A stretch of 63,633 nucleotides of DNA, filler included, from Hausera hauseri (lineage: Eukaryota), in NCBI GenBank assembly GCA_046269625.1. It is 11 parts of 11 records of this genome, joined end to end, with 100 filler letters (N's around TTAATTAATTAA, not from the genome) between each part and the next. Parts side by side here need not be neighbours in the genome. Positions count along the whole stretch, not along the records: positions 51,132 to 55,239 come from JBJURY010757986.1; positions 55,340 to 59,542 come from JBJURY010703438.1; positions 59,643 to 63,633 come from JBJURY010834970.1; 8 more parts are not named here. The stretch is one strand, 5' to 3'. This document shows, piece by piece, positions 51,233 to 63,633 of this stretch. Position numbers and translations under genes: made by a program. Under the pieces are notes generated by a model that was not told where the DNA came from, did not search any database, and was given only the letters and a program-made list of their open reading frames with translations. Each line of letters starts with the position of its first letter. Position 1 is the first letter of the stretch.

Positions 51233-54200
51233 AACACAACCTAAATTAACTATTAACTAGTTGCAGTGTTTCCATAACCGTATTAATTAAAGCAGTGGTA
51301 GATAAAACGAATGGTGACATTTTGAAAATTAAGTCGAAAACTTACATCAATGCATAAAATCAAATGCCCTTATTTGAAGAAAAACCTGGGGCTTCACATG
51401 GCCCGACGTGTCACTCTAAAAAATTAAATCCAGACTGATTGCACATTGCAAAAAGTAAAATCCCTAACGGCATTTACCCAAAGCCTGTGTCCAAGTAAAT
51501 GCCAATCATGGAAACCCATAAAAAATACGACCCATTACATTTTCAAATCTTCCACACATCAGCACAGACCATAAACAACAAGCTGTACACCGAATCATAC
51601 GGTAATTTTATAAATTCAAAATAATATTTCTAATAAAAAATTTTCAACAATTTTCCCAAAAGTCACCCGGTGATTATCAAAAATGAAAGTTCCTACGCAA
51701 TAGCGGGTAACTCGATTTAAAAAATTAAATTCACAGAATTAAAAAATTCAGCAGTTGTTTCGAATTCTGAAATTCCAAACTGTATATAAACTGCTGTTGC
51801 ACGAATCAAACAACACAATTACTGCATATAATTATTACTTACTAAAGTTATAACGTTTCGTAAGATTAAATTCCAATAATTGTCGGGTATATCCATATCT
51901 ATTTTAAGACAATTAGTCTTATCCGATACCAGTTATCATTCGTTAATACAACACGGTCTAACCTACAAATTCTCAAAACTTACCGATACTGTAAAACATC
52001 GAAATCACTGAAATGCTATCGAAATGCACCATCACACTGAAAAACAGCTTCGTCGAAATGCATTTACACCGAAAAACAGTTTAGTCATTAACTGAATAGA
52101 AAATAATGATTTTCCATTTATTTAAATGTCATAGTTTTTTCTTCCTATTCGTATTAACGTTTCATGTTATAGTTGTGCTTTATACACATATTTATGTACA
52201 CTTATAAAGGTTATTAGTGTGATGTTTCCTAATTTTTTGCATGAAAAAGTGAGATTTGGGTTATTCATTTCATTCTATTGCTATAATGACCTCATGTAAG
52301 TATCTATTCTAAATGCATATGGTTGATTGCTAATTTTACTGTACGAGTGTGATATCTTATTGATTATACATTTATTCTTCATTTATCAGAACAGTTTTAA
52401 TTTGTGATCTTTGTCAAAAATAAACATTTTAACTGAATAAATGCTTCAGTAAATTGGCTGATTCGTCGACCAGGTCAAAACTACCTGACGACGGCCTGTA
52501 TAATCCTAAATAATAATAATAATGTATTAACCAGTAGGAAAGTAAAAGTTAATTAACAAGTGTTCCCTCTTACATACTACTGACTATACCCGTAGGTAAG
52601 ATACCTTACTCTCCTCATACATCGACCGAACAATACGTAAAGTAGATTTGTTCTCCCCATTAATTAACATTAAATTTAAGTCGCTCCTAACGTAATTAGT
52701 CAGGATTGAACAGTACCGATCAATTAATTAACTTGATCAATATGAACTGCAACGCAAACGGATCGAATGATTACTTTTATAATTAAAATAAAAGAAACTG
52801 TCTTTTATTTGTATATTTAGTATCAATAAATATTATTAAAGAAAATTAGTCTAACACTATGGTAATGGATTTTGTCTGTTGAAATAGAGATTGATTCATT
52901 TCTAATAAATAAATTGCAATTGCTGCTTACGTTAATTGGCTGGTGGAGTTATTGCATTCCAAAGGAGCATATTAATACCAGGTGCAGATAGCTTGCTATC
53001 GATCCACCCATGGACTCACGAGAAGAACTGCCACAGAGATCATAGAAGTCGAAAATTTTCAACCATAAGAAAAGTCCTAGCTGAGGGAAATTCGATAACC
53101 GACCATTATGTGATTTATGTTGTCTGATTTAAATGATTTATATCAAATATAGCGATTAATTGTAATTATTTAGTCGTTACGAGTATTAATGGGATTAGAA
53201 AATATGACCTACCGACCTAGTGTAACAAAGTAACAAATTCATCAACATATCAATTCTTCATCGTAGTCTTCCAGCTTTACATTTTCAACAGACAACACCC
53301 ATCAGGTTATTTCCAAATTCAGTAAATCAGAAAAAGGATGTAGTTCGTAAATCAAACTTTCTAAATGTTCGATAAACAATTGAATATAATCAGGCGATTC
53401 CTTAAATCACTTTTTAATTTCTGATCAATTTCCTGCAAACAGTCGATTCTCTGTAAAAATGAAATTAAATCACATTTTTTGAATCAATTTCCTACCAGAG
53501 ACCATTATAAATTTGGAACATTACATTTTTAACTTTTGGTGATCAAATATGTACTTACATTTTCAATGTTTTATTGTATTTCAAATGATGGGTTTAATTT
53601 CCTGTCATTATTTTGTACGATTCATTGTGTCATCGGATCAAGTATAAATACTTGATCATTCTATAACAAATTACCACAAAAATTAGTGACCTTTGACCTT
53701 TGACAGCATCTATTCACGTAAGTTTTTAATTATATTATGGTTTGTTTGTTAAATTTCGTTTCTTATCACTGCTGCCTAACGAAAGTAATTAAATTACGTG
53801 TACCAAGTAATTTGGCAGTGGTACCAACGTTCTGCTGGACTGCGTCTCAAATAACTAGATGACCTCGAGGCAAGTAAACCTTAGTAAGCAAAAGAACGCT
53901 TATTTCGATAACCTGTAGTGCCTATCATACGCTACCCTTTTGTCCATGTAATTTTTATTTTTTTTTGTTTTCCAATGTAAAGTTCATGCACATAATTTTA
54001 TGAGATAAAGTGTTGTAAATTATTTCATATTGTGTAGTTTGTAACATATTTTTATGGCGTTATTTTGTGTTAGAAATTTACTTTTGTTCAAAATGATTTC
54101 TCACCTTAATATGTGTATATAAACTTATGTAATGTTGCTTATGTTTAATAATGCTGATTAATAATGTGAAAATTATTTTATGAAACAACTGCTGGGGGTT

Positions 54201-54931
54201 CTTGGATAAGAGCCGGGCTCTATTGATCTCGTAAATTTACCGGGTCAAATATTTTGTTTAAAATACACGATAACTTAGAAAAAAATTTAAGGCGATAATT
54301 GAAAGTTTGAAATAAATAATAATACGTTTTACACTCGTTTTGATTTTGGTAATCTACTGAAAGCCGACAAACAAAAAGACATTTTAATTGTCATAGCATG
54401 CCACAAAATTTCCCGTCTACAAGAAAATGATGATATTCTCTTGGTGCAGAGAAATTTTGTAGATGACATTTCGATGCACCAACAATACTTGGTTAAAAAT
54501 TGAGTTTTTTAATCTTATTATTTACATCAAAGAATCAGTGGCCGATACATATGTACTACCATTATGCTACAAACAGCACTTAATATTTTTATAAATTATA
54601 AACTTCTACATATTATTGATTTTTATTTTAATTATCGCTGGCCCTAATAATAACTAATATATTAAAATTACGTAAAAGTTAGTATATTTCAATAAATACA
54701 TTATATTCAAGTGTTTTAAAAACTGTCCGCCACTATAGAACTCACTGCATTTGCTATGAGGAAGGTAATAATAAATAAGACGAAATGTGTCAGACATCGA
54801 CATTCAAGGTAATCAGACATTGGTCAGTGCAATCAGAAATTTCAAATGTTACGCAATTTCTAATTTCTCTTTTCAACTCATTTTGATCACAAACATTACA
54901 TTCCAAATTTTATAAACATGCTTTAACATAC

Positions 54932-55217
54932 CTCGGTACATTTTTATTCATTGTAATAAGTCCATACAAGAACACTAAAATCCCGACAATTGATGCTGGC
55001 AGTAACCAAACAGTATAAATTCCTTAGAAAATGTAAAACAACAACTAAAGGCACTGACATTACCAAGCCATGAAAAATATAGTCCAATCTTCTCTCCATA
55101 ATATTCTCTGATAATGTCAAGGGGCTGGTATTTATACCACATTGACCATCTAGCCCAGTATTTATGCAAAATCTGACGTTGATTGCAAATTTCGTTTTTA
55201 TCATATTCATAAGGGCC
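54932..55217 (-). CDS. Anoctamin (TMEM16) internal exons 55064-55217 and 54932-55022 (41-nt intron)
   Basis: [39 protein letters not shown]|[20 protein letters not shown] with in-frame GT-AG junctions. Confidence 0.9.
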
Positions 55218-56329
55218 CTAAAATCACTAAAATAAGCATNNNNNNNNNNNNNNNNNNNNNNNNNNNNNNNNNNNNNNNNNNNNTTAATTAATTAANNNNN
55301 NNNNNNNNNNNNNNNNNNNNNNNNNNNNNNNNNNNNNNNAGAGTTGGTAGTAGTTTATTCATTAAAATACACTTACCTTTCTTCATGAGACGTTTCCGTT
55401 TTTCAGCTTTATTTCGTCCCGATACTAAATGTGTAAGTAAATTTTTACGTTTCTTCTTTACATATCGTGAATATACCGTACTTTGTAAAATATAAATAAA
55501 ATCATTCATCATAAATGATGGAAATGATTTCATTACTATTAAACGATTTAGGTGGTGACTTGAGAATTATTTTAAAATAGGAATACTTCTATTCATTTTT
55601 CATACTTTGTTGATTTAACTAACTTTGTTTATTAGCCACTTTATCTACAATTGATGTTGCTCCATCCATTCCAAACGCACCAGCTGCTTCTAACCCATTC
55701 CTTTTAGTGCTGCAATTATTTATGGAATTAGTGCTGCTAAAAAGAATGCACCACCATGCTGTATACCTGGTTTTGCACCTAAATATTTACTTTTGTTTCT
55801 TCTTTTTCGATAAACTGATTGTTGGTTTTAAAGGAAAATGTTGTAACCGAATCCGCTTTTTCCTATTGAACTTCCTTTATTTACAAAATCAATAAGAACT
55901 TTTCTATATTTCCTTAAAATCCCTTTTTTGCTTTAAATATTAATACGTCCCTCTATTATATTTGGCAAAATTTCAAAGAAATCATGCAATACAAATTGCG
56001 GCAAGGAATGTAACAATTCCCATCTAAATCTACTTGGTGATTTGATAATTGCCTGGAAATATGGTAAACTTCTCTGTAATCGTTTCCTTTTTACAAATGT
56101 TAGTTACAACACTTTTGTTTATTTACAATCTAATTCATCGTTTAGGTAATCTACACTTTTTTCGTTTATGAGTTACATGCTTTTTAGCAACTTTCCTCCG
56201 CTTTCGTACAATATGTACTGTTGGTTTGATTATTACTTTTTTAAATTTCATTTGAAACCATCATCCTTATTTAATTTGTTTATACACAGTTATTCCGCTC
56301 TAATTAAATACGTCTTTCAACCCGTTCAT

Positions 56330-56900
56330 CATCTGGACATTGTTGCGTAATGTCGATGAAAATATACCCATGTACATTTTTCGTTGCATCATGAAATGAA
56401 TCAATCAAATACTTTTTATTATGTGGATAAACTTGTCGAGCAACAAAATCACTTACAGTTTAATCATGAGGATTTTTAAATAAAACCAAATAGTGAACAT
56501 TTAAATTCCGGGCTCTATGTTGTCTACCTTGGTGAAATAGATTTTGTGTGATGAAAAATACAGTAACTTCTCCATGTCTTGCAATTTTTGAGAAAATTTA
56601 TTAAAGTCTGCTTCCTTATTAGCTTATTGACACAAATCGTCAATAACAATAACATCGCCAGATTTCAATCGCTTAGATTAATTTTCCTCAAAGCCATTGA
56701 TGAATTTAATACCTTCTAATTTACATCGTTCCTTACGTGTTAATCCACTTTCACTACTGCCGCCCTGGTGCCAATAAATCTTATTAAAATTCAGTTTAAA
56801 ATACTTTTCATTTTGTAATAATTTACATACAAAATGCGTTTTACCACTACCACTGGGACCAACAATTTGGAAAACTGCATTATTAGTTAATTCCGCTATG
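56330..56900 (-). pseudogene. Maverick packaging ATPase
   Basis: NAVFQIVGPSGSGKTHFVCKLL, IYWHQG, GDVIVIDDL, FITQNLFHQG, RNLNVHYLVLFKNP. Confidence 0.9.
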
Positions 56901-56955
56901 AAAAGGAAAACACAACAAGATTTGTTTATAATATTTATTAATATAATATTTACAA

Positions 56956-57250
56956 CTATAACCTTAACAGTTCATAAACTCTCCAAATAGGAATAATTGT
57001 ATCTTTCCTTGTTTTGTACCCTTGCAATTGTATTTTGACTTGAGCTACTTTGCCTGATATTTGACAAGTATTCGTCCAATCATTTCCATAAGAATCAATA
57101 ATTTTGACATTTACATGAGATCGTAGAAATATATCTGTTTTCGTCAAACTGAGCTTCGGATGAACAGATATTAAACCGTCATTTATAATTTTCATTTGCT
57201 CGTCAGTTAAGTTTTTAATGCGATAACCATACTTGCTTTTCTAAATATCC
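56956..57250 (-). pseudogene. Small element gene of unknown function
   Basis: Open 79-aa beta-rich frame ending VKIQLQGYK...IIPIWRVYEL, just upstream of the ATPase. Confidence 0.4.
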
Positions 57251-57685
57251 GCATTTGACAAAATTAGCATTGACAACTTTTTCAACATACGAATTTCACA
57301 GCCGTGAAATATTTTTCATTCATTGAATAGATCATTATATTGGACGAAATCAATGTATCATCAAGTTTGACTGTTTTCATTGAATCTATAATATGTGTAA
57401 TGATATCAAAATTGGACATTAAACTAACTTTTCGGTGTTAAAGTTGCTGTTGGTGGTGGATAATACACAAAACCATACTGTGGAATTGGCTGTTGTTGAA
57501 ATCTATAGTGTCCACACAAACTTGACTGGTATGATGGGAAATAAGAATGAGACATTGTGAAAAATGAAATATTCTGACAAAATATCGGTATTTATACTAT
57601 TTTCGTTCAAAATCAATCAATCAGAACGCGATGAGTCATATTGAAAGTAAAATATATAATGAAATTGTATCAAGTATATGCTCTT

Positions 57686-58095
57686 AGTATAATAACTTTT
57701 TTCTAAGAATAATAATTTTTCCAGTATGAAAAACGTTCACACAGTGGAATGAATTCAGTTAGACGTTATGCAGGAAATAATTCTGGCTCATATGAGCATG
57801 GTACATTTTGTGCCAAATCATTTAGATTAATATTTTCATTCAGATTCATACTTATGGTTACTGGCTGAAGTTTTCCTATTTTAATATTTAGTGGTAAATC
57901 TGTTTCCACAAAAGGTTTTTTACAACCCATAATACGACAACTGCTGCTTGGGAACATGATGATTTTGTAATCGGCATAATTACGAATACACTATCTTGGT
58001 TTCCGTTTGTTAAATTGAAGATGTTGGACATTTTATCCATCAGTATGTGCTTTAGAATTAATAATGACTTACAGTTTAAAATTTCACAGACACAT
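57686..58095 (-). pseudogene. Divergent, intronless TATA-binding-protein-like gene
   Basis: IIMFPSSSCRIMGCK (first repeat, cf. LIFSSGK.V.TGAK), INLNDLA...CSYEPELFPA, and after a stop and frameshift NVFHTGKIIIL (second repeat). Confidence 0.7.
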
Positions 58096-59689
58096 TTACT
58101 CTACGTATATTCACTTTCAACCAATCAGATTTATTTATAAGGGTAAAAATTTAGTATGAATACACTTGACAATTGAAAACAATTCCTTTTTACAATGGAA
58201 TACAAACCGTGCTGTCTTCGATTAGATGTTGACGACAATGGTAACATCGTAATTATCGACCCAATCGACACAGCTGCTTAACAATTTAACAGTGACAAAA
58301 CATCCGATGTTGCTGATGAACAATTTTTTGATAACAAAATAGTCGATGAAACTTATTTGGATAAACCTGTTCTTGTACATAAAATAGAACAATTTTAAGA
58401 CATTGATATGCATGAAAACTGTGACAATTTTGCTGATTATGCAAATAAAGAAGAATTTCATGACAAAAGTCCTCTCATAAGCGTATAATTTTAGTTCAAT
58501 ATACTCTACTTAATTATTTTAATAGGGTTGTGAAAGTTCGGAAGACTTCAAAACAACAAATGATGAAAGTTCAGATAAGAGCAAAATCGTTTGATGAATA
58601 TGCGGATCAACTAGCAAAGATCTACCAGTCTAATGTCTAGGCTACTAAAATTGACACTTATGAAAAGGATTTCGACTTTACCAATCTTCTTAAACAGTTA
58701 ACAGATACAATTGTAAGTGGTATATTTCACAAGTCAATAATTATACCTGAAGCCAAATTACGAACAACTGTCCAAGAATATATTGGATTATTCACTCGAT
58801 GTATGATGATTTATGATATCATAATGAACATTGGTGTAAAAGACATGGAACGAAGGGAAAAATTCTAAATTTATGAAAAGATTTGCACACTTAGAGTATT
58901 TAAACAGTTATATATAACCGTTACGTGTTTTGTGTTCTATAGCAATAAAAAACAAGTTAATGAATACAAGATTTATTACATTACATTTATTGTCTATTAA
59001 ATTCAACAATCAGTAGGAGGATGTGAGCACACTGCGCCAATACACCTCCAGGAAAAGAAAATTTATGTGATTCGCGGATGAGTCATTGGGTAGAAAAAAC
59101 GATACACACGCACGGTTAATAGGGCGGAGATAGGAGGCACACAGCCACAAAGTGGATACACACAAGCACATGTACTGCATGAATTCGGAGTTCTTTAAAA
59201 AATTAGAATTAGGCGCCAAAAATTTTTTGTTTTAATTTTGGTGATCGGCTATAAATATAGGCCTTGAAAATTAGATCAGTGTAAAATATCTCAGGAAAAT
59301 GACTCGAAAACATTATCTAATTTCAAAATGCGAATGACTGCTGCTTCAGTATTGATACAGGTGAAAAAAAAGATATTCACTGTGCATTGAATACAGTGCA
59401 AAAATTGTTTACTACAACAGATGATTTAGAATACGTTGCACCAGAGATATTGTTGGAAGTGATACGAAACAGATTGATTAATGTAAGTCCAATGATCGGT
59501 AAGATAATCAGAATGACAGAAGAATTCCAAAACAATCAGAAGNNNNNNNNNNNNNNNNNNNNNNNNNNNNNNNNNNNNNNNNNNNNTTAATTAATTAANN
59601 NNNNNNNNNNNNNNNNNNNNNNNNNNNNNNNNNNNNNNNNNNTTTTACCTGTTGCTTGTAATGGCAGCTGTGTAAATACACCATCATCA

Positions 59690-59900
59690 CTAAGTGCTCT
59701 GCTGATTAGCATTGCAATCATGTCTCTTCACATCTCTCCATCTCTTGCATTGGACATCAAATGTTTTGTTCACTTTTGTTGTTAATGCCATGTTATCAAG
59801 CCATCTAAATTTTCTGTCTCTTCCTCTGGCTCTCTTCACCTCTCTTGTTTTTATTAGGTTTTCCAATTTCCCTCTTCTCATCACATCCTAAAAATTATTA
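59690..59900 (-). mobile_element. RTE-clade LINE 3' remnant
   Basis: MRRGKLENLI...KRARGR...RWLD C-terminal motif. Confidence 0.6.
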
Positions 59901-60202
59901 TTCTTTTCTCATTCCATCTTCCAAAACAGATTCATTTCACTGTTTGTATATGACATCTTCATTATTCTTCTCAGGAACCTTATCGATGTGGCCTCTTGCT
60001 ATTTTTGTATTAGTTTATTCATGCCCATGATTTGATTCCATAAAGAGTAAAGATATAATGTAACTCACTATAACGTTCTTGATATTTCTAGTGTCAAAGT
60101 ATGCTTTTCATTTTCTGAAACATTTCCTTTTCTTTACTTTTGATGCAATGCAAGGAACAAAGATTTTATTACAAGTCACTGAACATTACATTAGGCACTT
60201 AC

Positions 60203-60529
60203 TTGATCTCTGTCCTCTTCCTGATTTATTAATGCCTGAAGCTGTTCCAACAGAATGTCCCTCAGCCTTTCGTGGTTTATTTCAAAAGGAACTCCCTGTG
60301 GTTCTTCCTGTGTCTCGTTTGTTGCTGCGGTACTTGTGTCAACACCTGATGATCCTACTGCAGGATTATCCATTTCAGCTGACACTGGCTGATCTACTAT
60401 ATTTTCTGTTGATGCTGCTGTTGAAGCCTTACAATCTGGTTGATGTAGAGTTGATCTCTGTGTTGCTGGGCTGTTATCACCACTGGTCCCTGATGATTCA
60501 CTGATAAAGCTGACATCCCTGACATGTGC
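60203..60529 (-). CDS. Possible host exon of an unidentified gene
   Basis: Open frame bounded by a TTTTATTACAG acceptor and a GTAAGT donor; low-complexity Ser/Thr-rich peptide. Confidence 0.4.
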
Positions 60530-60559
60530 CTGTAATAAAAAAGTCAGCTTAAAGAAATA

Positions 60560-63290
60560 ATAGATCGCCAACGAGCCTTACCAATGGATAAAGCAATTAA
60601 AATCTCCACAGAACAAAGAAAGGATAAAGTTATTCAGCAGATTGTAGAATTTTCTAAAAAGGATATCGTACCAAAGGGACGACAATTAAAGAAACATTTA
60701 CACAGACATGGACATAAATACTGCATCTTAAATGGCAAGAGCAATGAGGATATTTTATATTACGAACAAAAAGGTATGAAACTGATAGTTATTCCAAACG
60801 GTTTACGAACCGAAGTGTTAATGTTGGAACATGATTCATATTTAGCAGGACACATGTCCTGGATAAAAACATTAGAAAGAGTATTGAATAAATACTTTTG
60901 GCACAATATCTATATTGATGTAAAGAATGGGGTAAATTCTTGTGAAGCATGTGCAACTAAACAAAAGAAGTCGAAAAATTACATGGCCGAATTAAAACCA
61001 ATGTGCCCGATAGGCCTATGCAAGCCATGTCAATGGATCGCGTAGGACATCTTCCTACGACCCACACGAACAATAAGTATATCTTACCTTGTATTGATCG
61101 ACTAATAGATTTTGCCAAGTTGATAGCACTAATTGATTAAAATGCAGAAACCTTGGCAGGAGCCGTAGTAAGAAGAATTATTTGTCTATATAAACCACCA
61201 AACCAAATATTAACGGATCGAGGAAGAAACTTTACCAGTGAACTTTTCGAGAAGATTACCAGGATATTTGAAATCGAACGGTTATCTACTACCGCGTATC
61301 ACCCTCGGTGTAATGGAATGATTGAACGAATGAATGCAACAATCATACGCATACTATCAACAGTAGTAGCTAAGGACCAAAAAATTGGGACGAATATTTA
61401 GAGGGAACTTAATTTGCGATTAATACCACCCTACATCCAGCAACAGGATTTACGTCATTTTTCATGATGTATGGACGTGAAGCCGTATTACTCTAGGATT
61501 TAGGAGTGAAGCCATACACGGTTAATTCCGAAGATTTAGATCAAAACTTTGCAGAAGCATTGCAGACGCTACTACAAAAATATTGGAAAATCGTCAAGGA
61601 TTTATTTGAAGAATATCAAGAACAGTTTAAAAAGCAATATGATAAGAAAGCGAAACCGCATGATTTAGAACAAGGAGATTGGGTTTATGTACATTATCCA
61701 GTAGCCAGGAAAGGCACCTCATTAAAATTGTCCTGTACAGGCAGAGGACCGTACGAAGTTACCAGAGTTACGCCAACCACAGTAGACATCAACAAGAATG
61801 GAAAGGAAGAAGTCGTGTCAGAGAACAAAGAGTTGTTAATACGGATATACGGCCCAATAAACGTTACAATTTACGCCAACGCGAGATAAAAACTTCTTCA
61901 ATACTTGCTAGACCGATATCATACGTTCAGATAATTTTAGCATTATCGTTAATTGCTTCTTATATTCCGAGAACACAAACTCAGTGGTGGGACGATGAAA
62001 CTACGCTAGTAGATGTATACGAAATTCGGAAGAACGGATCAAGGTCGAAAGTTATTATAACGAAAAAGAAACCAACAGCGAAAGAGATCCAAAAAACAAG
62101 AATACACTAAAATGTTAAAATCAATGATGATTCATTACTTTTCGCCACACGCTATGTGCGTCTGATTTAAAACTTGGAGTCAGCATCACGATTTCGGAAG
62201 ATTTCAAATTGTCCTATATGATGTAACAACGAAAGAAGTGAAAAACTGTGACTGAACCCTCAGATTATACCCAGTCTTGCGACGTAGATTTTGAACATGT
62301 TTACATCCTTACGTATCGACTATACTTATCAGACTCATCAGAAGTCTATATCGAAGTAAACCCACAACTTCAGTTGATTATTCCCCCTTGGTGCGGGCGA
62401 TTCGGAAGGAAGACGGACGAAATGCTACAGTCCACGAACCCAGATATAAGGTTATTAGATAAAAATATCAAAGGAATATCGGTAAGTCAGAAAAAAAATG
62501 CATTCAAGTAGATACTCAAACAGGATTAACTTTTAGTCAAGAAATTAGTATCGTTTTCGAAGCAGTGAACCTAAAAACCTCGAGAATAAATTATTGTTCT
62601 ATTCATGCCCCTGTGCAACGCCCATGTTGTAAGCTACCAGTTAACCAAGAAATCAAAATAAAATTCGACTTATATGACGTAAGACTGAATAAACCGAGCA
62701 AACATTTGCGGAACAACTATCCGAAGAATAAAATATTGAGGACTTCAGTAGAAACGTCAACCGAAAAGCCGACTACTCGAGTTAGTGCTATTACAAGACC
62801 TGCAACATCAAGCAGTGCGCCTAAAAGAGAATTAGAAAGTGTACATATTCAATATTCGGCGCATCAATCTAAAATTGTGTTCTTTGTAGAGGAAAAACAA
62901 AATTACGATATACACATAAGTTTCCAAATAACCTATAATAATCAAATTGTAATATTAATTAAAAAAACTTATCAGATAGAATGCAGTTTGCTAAAACCGC
63001 AATCTAATTACATAGTACAAATATATGCAGAGAATAAACAAAGCCAAACAAATAATTGCATACCTTAGACGAAATTCGTGCAGAATCGCATATATATGAA
63101 AATATAGACGATGAAATCACAACTCCAGTCACCACACAAACACCAATGGGATTAACCACTTTACCGATCGTATCCATTCTTGTACTATCAACAATTGTTC
63201 TCATTATACTAATTGCAATTTTTCGGTTAGTTGCCAAAAACTATCATTCTAAGAATCCAAACATTACAGAATTGGAATCGACGGACCACG
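60560..63290 (+). mobile_element. Third piece of the giant Gypsy family: integrase plus downstream membrane protein
   Basis: HDSYLAGH...CEAC, ILTDRGRNFTS, TTAYHPRCNGMIERMN, GPYEV, RYNLR...IILALSLIASY, TM LPIVSILVLSTIVLIILIAIF; collinear with 16400-19146. Confidence 0.9.
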
Positions 63291-63633
63291 ATAGTACTGT
63301 GAATATGGCGGTTCTGCCCCACCCAGCGGCGGGTGTGCAAATCGATATTGCACATGTGCCAATCGATAGTGCACCCGGTGCACCATTGATCAAAAAGTGC
63401 CTAGCAACTGTGCCTCTAGGCACCGTTGCTATGCACATTTTGCACTTTTGACAAATCGATTGCTGCAGAGTGCAGTATTGATCGAATCGATCGTGACAAA
63501 CTGCTAATCGATAGTGCACATCAATGCACATCGATTGGTACAAGTGCAGCTGTGCAGCACATGTGCAATTGTGCAACTATCAATAATATTGGATTTCCGA
63601 TATTTTAAATATTGATGATTAGCACTCGGCACC

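Larger units (their letters stand above)
55340..59542. mobile_element. Second decayed Maverick/Polinton-like contig
   Basis: Packaging ATPase closely related to 44100-44912, GGAFFLAALIP-type small genes downstream, dense intronless small ORFs. Membership of the part right of about 58150 is less certain. Confidence 0.7.

Noticed and set aside
52460-53930. Possible self-cleaving ribozymes (CTGACGA near 52484; stem around 53768-53820)
   Set aside because: Could not assemble a complete hammerhead, twister or HDV core by eye; an Infernal/Rfam search would be needed.
60191-60571. ATAD2-like assignment from INHERL
   Set aside because: The similarity is only a few residues; left unnamed.

Overview
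This window is not one locus. It is 11 short, mostly AT-rich eukaryotic contigs joined by artificial 100-nt spacers (44 N + TTAATTAATTAA + 44 N). The host looks like an invertebrate animal with short introns (CXXC1, protocadherin and anoctamin fragments); one contig looks like a co-sequenced kinetoplastid (cathepsin L). Most of the sequence is decayed mobile DNA. Four items stand out. (1) A giant (inferred >=15 kb) Ty3/Gypsy-type LTR element, seen as three diverged pieces (11164-24396, 30735-34844, 60560-63290). A chuvirus-like class III fusion glycoprotein with an internal signal peptide lies between Gag and protease, apparently in one polyprotein. A second signal-peptide/TM protein follows the integrase in frame, and a further 3' ORF has its own splice acceptor. 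(2) An RLE-type (NeSL/Utopia-like) non-LTR retrotransposon with two Ulp1-like protease domains, whose 3' end joins precisely to the 3' half of a tRNA-Thr(AGT) gene next to a second copy of that tRNA, suggesting tRNA-Thr site specificity. (3) Two Maverick/Polinton contigs, one with tandem penton genes and one with a TBP-like gene, sharing a TATA-like motif. (4) A second Gypsy family with long extra coding extensions. All assignments come from reading motifs by eye; no database search was run.
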